Source: an uncultured bacterium
GTDB lineage: Bacteria > T1Sed10-126
DNA: 12,337 nt
Assembly: GCA_964566495.1 (NCBI GenBank)
Contig: CAZMIT010000044.1
Coordinates: 1-12,337 of the forward strand
Reading direction: 5' to 3'
Position 1 is the stretch's first letter, and each line of letters starts with the position of its first letter. Below the pieces are notes generated by a model that saw only the letters and a program-made list of their open reading frames with translations, ran no database searches and was not told the origin of the DNA. This document shows positions 6,192 through 12,337 of this stretch, in pieces. Made by a program: the position numbers and the translations under genes.

Positions 6192-8297
6192 TCAGTTTTG
6201 AAGTTCTTTATCCGCTTCAACTTTACTGAGTTCAATACCCTTTTCAGTAATGTCAGTGCACTTAACCTTGATAACGTCGCCAACTTCAACCACGTCGGTG
6301 GTTCTCTTGACGTGATAGTCGGCAAGCTCAGATATGTGCACCAGTCCGTCCTGGCCGGGGAGCACCTCAACAAAGGCCCCAAAGTCGGTAGTTGAGACAA
6401 CTTCGCCTTCGTAAATTTTCCCGGGCTGAACCTCTTCGGTGCAATCTTCAACCATCCGTTTAGCAGCGTCGCCGGATTCGCCATCCTCGGCGCCGATATA
6501 AACGGTGCCATCGTCTTCAACGTCAATGGTGGCTCCGGTTTCGTCTATAATCCGTCGGATGTTTTTGCCGCCCGGACCGATGAGATCCCTAATTTTATCT
6601 TTAGGGATATCCAGGGTATAGAGTCGAGGAGCGTGTTCAGAGATACTGGAGCGAGGTTCAGACAGAGTATTCTGCATTATACGAAGAATCTGCAGACGAG
6701 CTTCGTTGCCGCGATCGAGAGCTTCCTCAAGCAGATCACGATCAATCCCTTCAATTTTAATGTCCATCTGAAGTGAAGTTATGCCTTCCTCGGTCCCGGC
6801 GATCTTAAAGTCCATATCACCAAGATGATCCTCGTCGCCGAGAATGTCAGTCAGAATTTCATAATCCTCACCATCTTTGACCAGGCCCATGGCGATACCA
6901 GAGACATGGCGTTCAATCGGGACAGCGGCGTCCATCAGGGCAAGAGATGCCGAACAGACGGAAGCCATTGAACTGGAACCATTAGATTCCAAAATTTCAG
7001 AGACCACGCGTGTCGAGTAGGGCCATTCCTCTTTTTCAGGAAACAGTGGCTTAATAGCACTTTCGGCCATAAGTCCATGACCAATTTCGCGGCGACCCGG
7101 ACCGGTTATGCGTCTTACCTCGCCAACCGAAAAGGGTGGGAAATTGTAGTGAAGGATGAAACGTTTTTCCCACTCTTCAAACAGTGTATCTACCTGTTGT
7201 GTCTCACGTGGCGTGCCTAAAGTAACTGCAGCAAGACTCTGGGTTTCGCCCCGGGTAAACAAACTTGACCCGTGAGGGCGAGGAAGGTTGTCTACTTCGA
7301 TATCAATGGGCCGAATTTCATCAACGTCTCGCCCATCAATACGACGTCTTTCTTCAAGAATAGCGTTTCTAACAACTTCTGATTCAAGCTCATCGACAGC
7401 TCGAGAGAAGGAACGTTCCTTCAGAGCAATCTCTTCCTCGTCTTCGACCTCGTCAAGACCAGTCAGGAATTCCTCTTCCAACTCCTCTTCAACTGCGTCG
7501 AGTGCTGCTTTACGCTCCTGTTTTGCCGGTGTAAAAACAGCCTCTTCCATACGCGAACGGCCGGCCTCTTTAATACTGTCGATCAAGGCTTCATCGTATT
7601 CAGGAGGTTCAAAACCGCTCTGAGGTTCCTGACACTGGTCAACCAGGGCTCGTTCAACTTCAATAATTTCCTTGATTTGTTCGTGAGCCCGATCCAGCCC
7701 ATCAAGCATCACCTCTTCCGAAACTTCAGAGGCGCTGGCTTCAACCATGGTTATCGCTTCTTCTGTACCGGCGACAACAAGATCCAATTCAGAGTCACCA
7801 AGAGTCTCCTTTGAGGGATTAACTATCAGTTCCCCGTCGTAGTAACCCATACGCACGGCAGCCAGAGGGGTATTAAAAGGCGTGTCGGCTATCATTAAAG
7901 AAATCGAAGCGCCAATAATTGACAAAACGTTAGGGATGTTCTGCTGTTCAGCGCTAAATACAGTCGAGACAATCTGAACCTCGTTCTGGTATTCGTCGGG
8001 GAACATCGGACGAATGGCCCGATCGGTCAGACGAGCAGATACAGTCTCGTGATTACTTGGACGTCCTTCCCGTTTGAAAAAGCCTCCGGGAATTTTGCCG
8101 GCGGCATAAGTCATTTCACGATATTCGACAGTAAGCGGGAAAAACGGTAAGTCCTTGGGGTCGTCAATACCCGCCGTAGTTAACAAAACAGTGTCACCGT
8201 ATTGTATTTCCACAGCCCCCTGGGCCTGCCTGGCCAGCTTACCACTGCGCAAACTAAGATCTCTCCCACCTACTTCAATTGATGCAGTAAACTCCAT
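6192..8297 (-). CDS. pnp: Polyribonucleotide nucleotidyltransferase (PNPase)
   Basis: FFPLTVEYRE, AGKIPGGFFKREGRP, FTRGETQ, RREIGHG, SNGSSSMAS, GDMDFKIAGT, KH domain (IGPGGKNIR) and S1 domain (DGLVHISEL). AGGAGG RBS. Confidence 0.99.
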   Translation of the reverse strand: MEFTASIEVGGRDLSLRSGKLARQAQGAVEIQYGDTVLLTTAGIDDPKDLPFFPLTVEYREMTYAAGKIPGGFFKREGRPSNHETVSARLTDRAIRPMFPDEYQNEVQIVSTVFSAEQQNIPNVLSIIGASISLMIADTPFNTPLAAVRMGYYDGELIVNPSKETLGDSELDLVVAGTEEAITMVEASASEVSEEVMLDGLDRAHEQIKEIIEVERALVDQCQEPQSGFEPPEYDEALIDSIKEAGRSRMEEAVFTPAKQERKAALDAVEEELEEEFLTGLDEVEDEEEIALKERSFSRAVDELESEVVRNAILEERRRIDGRDVDEIRPIDIEVDNLPRPHGSSLFTRGETQSLAAVTLGTPRETQQVDTLFEEWEKRFILHYNFPPFSVGEVRRITGPGRREIGHGLMAESAIKPLFPEKEEWPYSTRVVSEILESNGSSSMASVCSASLALMDAAVPIERHVSGIAMGLVKDGEDYEILTDILGDEDHLGDMDFKIAGTEEGITSLQMDIKIEGIDRDLLEEALDRGNEARLQILRIMQNTLSEPRSSISEHAPRLYTLDIPKDKIRDLIGPGGKNIRRIIDETGATIDVEDDGTVYIGAEDGESGDAAKRMVEDCTEEVQPGKIYEGEVVSTTDFGAFVEVLPGQDGLVHISELADYHVKRTTDVVEVGDVIKVKCTDITEKGIELSKVEADKELQN

Positions 8298-8381
8298 TAT
8301 TACTAATAACCTCCTAAAAATTACCTAAACTTGCTTCGAAATAATAACGCACAACTAAATTTACAGTTCAAATTTCAAATT

Positions 8382-8645
8382 TTACAGATCCAATTCTTCA
8401 ACGATCTTCTCGTAACGTTCGGGCGCATTGTTGCGAAGATACTTAAGATTCTTTTTGCGTTTCTCTACCAGATCGATAAGCCCGCGCCGGGCCGCATAAT
8501 CTTTGGGCTGACTCTTCATGTGCTCGGTCAACTGCTCTATGCGCTCGGTCATGCGAATAATCTGGGCTTCCGGTGAACCGGTGTCGTTTTGGCTAAGCTT
8601 GAAATCCTCAATGATATTCTCGCGCTCAGCTTTTACATTACTCAT
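8382..8645 (-). CDS. rpsO: 30S ribosomal protein S15
   Basis: DTGSPEAQI...LTEHM...KD...RRGL motif in an 87-aa protein. AAGGAGG RBS. Canonical ribF-rpsO-pnp order. Confidence 0.96.
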   Translation of the reverse strand: MSNVKAERENIIEDFKLSQNDTGSPEAQIIRMTERIEQLTEHMKSQPKDYAARRGLIDLVEKRKKNLKYLRNNAPERYEKIVEELDL

Positions 8646-8796
8646 TTTTCAACCTCCTTCACTTATGGTGAAAACTCTACTATTGCTTAGTCACAATTGA
8701 ATTTTCGGGTTGTCCCCTGCCGTCATTGCCCATAGGCCATCGTGTCTGGACTTGAGCCGGTGCCGGGGATCAACCGAGCAATTCAGAACCTAAGAT

Positions 8797-8890
8797 CGTC
8801 ATTGCCCAACTTGATTGGGCAATCCAGTGACTTTGACCTTCGACCGTTAGAAATTCAACGTCACTGGATTCCCGCTTACGCGGGAATGAC
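8797..8890. repeat. Inverted doublet of CGTC-type REP-like palindromes (REPIN-like)
   Basis: CGTCATTGCCCAACTTGATTGGGCAATCCAG (8797-8827) faces CTGGATTCCCGCTTACGCGGGAATGAC (8864-8890). AATCCAGTGAC (8821-8831) and GTCACTGGATT (8860-8870) pair perfectly. A third, interrupted copy starts CGTCATTGCCC at 8721. Confidence 0.8.
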
Positions 8891-8903
8891 AACCGAAAAA
8901 CGG

Positions 8904-8935
8904 ATAAAAATACAGTCACATCTTCGACTGTGACT
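8904..8935 (-). terminator. Possible intrinsic terminator after ribF
   Basis: Minus strand AGTCACA-GTCGAAGA-TGTGACT hairpin starting 5 nt after the ribF stop, followed by GTATTTTTAT. Confidence 0.45.
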
Positions 8936-8940
8936 AAGCT

Positions 8941-9879
8941 CTAACATTTATTTGCTGGTTGCTTCTCGAAATATTTTTTAGCCTGCTGGACATCTTTATC
9001 TATTGCCTTTACAAGTTCCTCGCGGCTTTCAAAATCTGCTTCAGGCCGCAGAAATTTTTCAAAATATACGTGTGTTTGATCACCAGCCGTCAAATCCGGT
9101 TTACCAGTAAGCTGATGTACTTCCAGCAGTGGCTCTTCTATACTTTTAAACGTCGGGGCAACGCCAAAATTTGCCACAGCCGGTTGACGCTCAGTGGTTC
9201 CCAGCCAGACGATATATATACCACAGCGGGGCTGGATTGTATTTTCCAGTCTGAAGTTAACGGTTGGAAAACCTATCCGGCTTCCTATCTTCCGACCACT
9301 TCGAACCGTTTCAAAAACCGTGTATGGCCGCGTCAAAAGGGTGCGGGCTTTTTCAACCCGTCCTGACTCAATCAAGCTTCTTATCCAGGAACTGCTAACT
9401 GTCCTCCCCTCGTGTTTAACAGGCCTGCAGGTCCGAAAATCAAGACCGGCTTTTGACGCAAGTTCCTGCAAATCTGCGGTGTTGCCTTGGCGCTTTCGGC
9501 CAAACTGATAGTTAAAACCGGCCACAAGACCACGCGTGTTTAACTGCCCCAGTAAAATTTCATCAAAAAAATCTTCCGGGACCATATTAGCCAGTTCCTG
9601 ATCAAACTGCAGAAAATAGCAGTCATCAAATCCTAAATCATTAATGATACTTATTTTATCGCGTTTAGTCAATAAACGCCTTTGAGCGGGATCAACTTCA
9701 GAAAAAAATGTCTCTGGCTCCGGCTCAAAAGTAAGAACCACGGGGCGAGCGTCAAGCTCGTCCGCCGTCTGCAGGGCGAGTTTGAGCAGAGACAGGTGAC
9801 CGCGATGAAGACCGTCAAAGGTCCCCAGAGCGACAACTCGTTTTTCCGCCGGCGAGGGTCGGCCGTTTAAAAACTGCAT
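8941..9879 (-). CDS. ribF: Bifunctional riboflavin kinase / FAD synthetase
   Basis: ALGTFDGLHRGH, GFNYQFG, VSSSWIR, GRKIGSRIGFPTVN, NFGVAPTF, LEVH and FLRPE. Start placed at ATG 9879 (MQFLNG...). Confidence 0.95.
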   Translation of the reverse strand: MQFLNGRPSPAEKRVVALGTFDGLHRGHLSLLKLALQTADELDARPVVLTFEPEPETFFSEVDPAQRRLLTKRDKISIINDLGFDDCYFLQFDQELANMVPEDFFDEILLGQLNTRGLVAGFNYQFGRKRQGNTADLQELASKAGLDFRTCRPVKHEGRTVSSSWIRSLIESGRVEKARTLLTRPYTVFETVRSGRKIGSRIGFPTVNFRLENTIQPRCGIYIVWLGTTERQPAVANFGVAPTFKSIEEPLLEVHQLTGKPDLTAGDQTHVYFEKFLRPEADFESREELVKAIDKDVQQAKKYFEKQPANKC

Positions 9880-10103
9880 TGTTCCGGGGCAAATACCCGG
9901 TCGGACTGCCAGACAGGGTCCCCACAATTATCATCAGCGCGTAAAACGGCGACAAGCCGTGTCTCACCGTCGAGGTCCAACGTCTCCGAAGCAAGATCAA
10001 ACCGGTCGTCATAATAATTCTGAACTTGATCCACTGCCTCCCGGCTGGTTAATCCGACCGGTTTGTCCACTGGCAGCACACCCCTCTCAAATTGCTTATT
10101 CAC
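9867..10103 (-). pseudogene. truB: TruB (tRNA pseudouridine-55 synthase) remnant / mini-TruB, 78 aa, open frame
   Basis: GVLPVDKPVGLTSREAV matches TruB motif I. It occupies the truB position between nrnA and ribF. It lacks GHxG and is about a quarter of normal length. Confidence 0.8.
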
Positions 10104-11079
10104 CCCTTTTAAGCTCCTCTACAACAGCTTCGAGGACAGCTTCGCGCACCTCGGAAATATCTCCTTCGACAGTGGCTCCGGCAGCGCCGGAGTGTCCTCC
10201 ACCGCCGAAACGATTGACAACCGGTAGCAGATCAAGTTCCGTTTTGGAACGAAAACTAACCTTAATTTCTCCCCCCGGGCGTTCACAAAAAAGTAAGGCT
10301 ACCTGGCTTTCCTCAACCTGACGCAAATAATTTATTACTTCCTTCAAATCTTCTTCATCGGTCCCCGTGGCTGCAAAAAGATCACGAGGTACTTCGCTGT
10401 AAACTACCCCGTTACGCCGCTTCAGATTGGTAAGAACTTCCCCCAGCAGCAGAACTGACTCCAGGCGCTCGCGCTCATAAATCTGACTGTAGATCCGATA
10501 TGGTTCAAGCTCCCCCGTGTCAATCAAATCAGCAACCACTCGATGAGTCCCGGCAGTCGTGTTAGCGTGCCGAAAACAGCCGGTATCAGTGAGTATACTA
10601 GCATAAAGGGCCTCGGCAACATCAGCCGTAATAGCTTGTGAAAAGTTTTCATAAAGGTAATAAACCAGCTCGCCAACACTGGAAACATCCGTAGTAACCA
10701 GACGTAAATCAGCAGAAATAGAGTTATGACGGTGGTGATCCATAACGACCAGTCGGGAGGCCGACTGCAAATAGCCCGACATCGAACCGGTTCGATCGAG
10801 GTTACCGCAGTCAATTATGATAGCAAGATCCGGGGAATCATCCGGCGGTGTAGTTCTGAAAACCAGCTCGTCTGTTAGAAAATCGAAAACGGCTGGTGGG
10901 GGATCGGGGTTAACTATGAAAACGTCTTTACCACGTTCAGTCAGCAATTGATAGAGCGCATACTGAGAGCCCACACAGTCGCCATCGGGACGCTCGTGAC
11001 CGGTAATAACGATAGACCGACTTGATTCTATAGTCTTTTTTAAGGAGTCAAGTTTCTGGGTCAGTTTCTCTTGCATCAC
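10096..11079 (-). CDS. nrnA: DHH/DHHA1 phosphoesterase (bifunctional oligoribonuclease / pAp phosphatase NrnA-like)
   Basis: GHERPDGDCVGS, IIDCG, MDHH, DTGCFRH, KVSFRS and FGGGGHSGAAG. Usual position after rbfA. Confidence 0.92.
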   Translation of the reverse strand: MMQEKLTQKLDSLKKTIESSRSIVITGHERPDGDCVGSQYALYQLLTERGKDVFIVNPDPPPAVFDFLTDELVFRTTPPDDSPDLAIIIDCGNLDRTGSMSGYLQSASRLVVMDHHRHNSISADLRLVTTDVSSVGELVYYLYENFSQAITADVAEALYASILTDTGCFRHANTTAGTHRVVADLIDTGELEPYRIYSQIYERERLESVLLLGEVLTNLKRRNGVVYSEVPRDLFAATGTDEEDLKEVINYLRQVEESQVALLFCERPGGEIKVSFRSKTELDLLPVVNRFGGGGHSGAAGATVEGDISEVREAVLEAVVEELKRGE

Positions 11080-11428
11080 GTTCAGCCTTCAATTCACTCA
11101 TTATCCGATTAATCTCCTGTGCTTCTTTTATTGATGTGTCCTCGCGAAATCGCAACTCTGGTATATGTTTAAGCGGCAGAGCTTTTGTTATGCCGGCGCG
11201 CAGATCCTTCTCATGGCGGCGCAGTAACTTTAAGCTACCCTCCCGTAAACTCTCGTCTTTTTTTATGTGACTTACATAGACGGTGGCCTGACGCATATCA
11301 GGAGTTACATCAACCCTGGTTACAGAAAGCAGATCAAGCTGATGTTCGTCCGGGAGTTCGCTTCTGATAAGTTTACTTATTACTTCTATCAAATCCGATT
11401 CGATTTTTCGTTTTTGACGGTGAACCAC
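11048..11428 (-). CDS. rbfA: Ribosome-binding factor A
   Basis: SVTRVDVTPDMRQATVYVS and LKHIPELRFREDTSI. GGAGG RBS. Lies in the infB operon. Confidence 0.93.
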   Translation of the reverse strand: MVHRQKRKIESDLIEVISKLIRSELPDEHQLDLLSVTRVDVTPDMRQATVYVSHIKKDESLREGSLKLLRRHEKDLRAGITKALPLKHIPELRFREDTSIKEAQEINRIMSELKAERDARETDPET

Positions 11429-11446
11429 GATTATCCCTCCTGGGGA

Positions 11447-11734
11447 TCACAAAATTTCTTCGTTATACTCACGAATTTGAACGCCAGTTACTTCATCGCA
11501 TTCAGCAAGGAGGCGTGTCTTTAGCCCTTGCAACTGTTTAATGGAGGAACTAACGGAAGCCAGGGAGAGAGTTACTAACCGATGATGATCCTGGTCACCT
11601 ACTTCAGCGACAGCCAGGTTAAATTGTTGCCTGAGCCTGGTCACAAGGCCATGGATCAGGCGCCGCTTATCTTTAAGCGAAAAACTGCCCGGACAGTAAA
11701 GCTGTATTTCAGCGTGATATTGGTAACCATCCAC
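11447..11734 (-). CDS. DUF503 family protein (YlxP-like)
   Basis: SLKDKRR...RLRQQFNLAVAEVGDQD motif. Lies between infB and rbfA, and its GTG overlaps the infB TAG. Confidence 0.88.
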   Translation of the reverse strand: MDGYQYHAEIQLYCPGSFSLKDKRRLIHGLVTRLRQQFNLAVAEVGDQDHHRLVTLSLASVSSSIKQLQGLKTRLLAECDEVTGVQIREYNEEIL

Positions 11735-12337
11735 TAAAGTTCAGGTGTTATCTCGCGAACCTGGTAAATTTCTAACAGGTCGCCCTCTTTAATGTCGTTA
11801 AACTTCTCCAGCCGGATACCACACTCGTAGCCTTCTGCCACCTCAGAGACGTCCTCTTTGAAACGTTTCAAAGAAATTATCGGGCCATCAAAAACGACTG
11901 CACCGTCACGGACAAGCCTGCAGGAGGCGCTGCGTTTTACCTCCCCTTCCCGGACGTAACAGCCTGCAACAGTACCAACCCCGGAAATGGTAAAAACCTC
12001 CCGCACCTCGGCAACCCCAATAACCTCTTCCTCCTCGTCCGGGGAAAGCATACCGGTCATGGCGTATTTGATATCCTCAATTGCCTCATAAATAACCCTA
12101 TAGGTGTTAATCTCAATTCCCATTTCATTAGCCAGCCGCCGGGCGCGGCTACCGGGTCTGACGTTGAAGCCTACAATCATTCCTTCGGCGGCGTCGGCCA
12201 GTCTTACATCAGACTCATTAATTCCACCCACGCCCCCGTGGATAACATTAACTTCCACTTCTTCCGACTCAATATTCTCAAAAGAATCACGTAAAACCTC
12301 GACTCCCCCCTGGGTATCGGCCTTTACCACTATGTTG
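11734..12337 (-). CDS. infB: Translation initiation factor IF-2, C-terminal part (gene starts beyond the window end)
   Basis: VKADTQGGVE, VGGINESDVRLA, IVGFNVRP, YRVIYEAIEDIK, GTVAGCYV and SLKRFKEDVSEVAEGYECGI. The frame is open to the window edge. Confidence 0.98.
   Translation of the reverse strand, partial: NIVVKADTQGGVEVLRDSFENIESEEVEVNVIHGGVGGINESDVRLADAAEGMIVGFNVRPGSRARRLANEMGIEINTYRVIYEAIEDIKYAMTGMLSPDEEEEVIGVAEVREVFTISGVGTVAGCYVREGEVKRSASCRLVRDGAVVFDGPIISLKRFKEDVSEVAEGYECGIRLEKFNDIKEGDLLEIYQVREITPEL

Larger units (their letters stand above)
8685..8939. mobile_element. Candidate 255-bp MITE-like composite element bounded by an 11-bp perfect IR
   Basis: GCTTAGTCACA (8685-8695) and TGTGACTAAGC (8929-8939) bracket almost the whole ribF-rpsO gap, including REP-like palindromes. 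No target-site duplication is seen. Confidence 0.45.

Noticed and set aside
8298..8381. rpsO terminator / RNase III stem ahead of pnp as in E. coli
   Set aside because: The gap is AT-rich with no stable hairpin visible.
8674..8702. Candidate rpsO promoter (TTCAAT-16-TAGAGT, minus strand)
   Set aside because: The match to consensus is too weak to call from sequence alone.
8742..8933. 63-aa plus-strand ORF (…HWIPAYAGMT…)
   Set aside because: WIPAYAGMT is simply the translation of the REP-like palindrome, a typical spurious ORF.
9880..9927. Longer ribF start at 9927, or a frameshifted truB-ribF fusion
   Set aside because: The extra 16 residues are not RibF-like and overlap the truB remnant in another frame. 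No convincing slippery site was seen, and ATG 9879 gives a normal RibF N-terminus.
2580..11524. Remaining overlapping ORFs in the track (e.g. 2580-2873, 4650-5072, 5148-5396, 6182-6526, 7288-7623, 8959-9366, 9959-10321)
   Set aside because: All lie antisense or out of frame within well-supported genes. The Ser-rich ones are the antisense reading of Glu-rich codons.

Overview
A housekeeping region of a probably diderm bacterium with acidic proteins, with every gene on the minus strand. In transcription order (right to left): 3' part of infB, DUF503/YlxP, rbfA, DHH/DHHA1 phosphoesterase (NrnA-like), a 78-codon TruB remnant, ribF, rpsO, pnp, ftsK, a LolA-like exported protein, rodZ, pgsA, pgpA, a DUF47 (PhoU-like) protein and the 5' end of a PiT phosphate transporter. 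The most unusual items are: (1) an open, translationally coupled mini-TruB in place of the ~300-aa tRNA Psi55 synthase; (2) four of the five longer intergenic gaps are filled with small palindromic or tandem-repeat elements, several nested inside short terminal inverted repeats, with no mobilising gene in the window; (3) a possible ATT start codon for the LolA-like gene. No CRISPR, RNA gene or autonomous mobile element was recognised. Family assignments come from recalled motifs and gene order, not from database searches.
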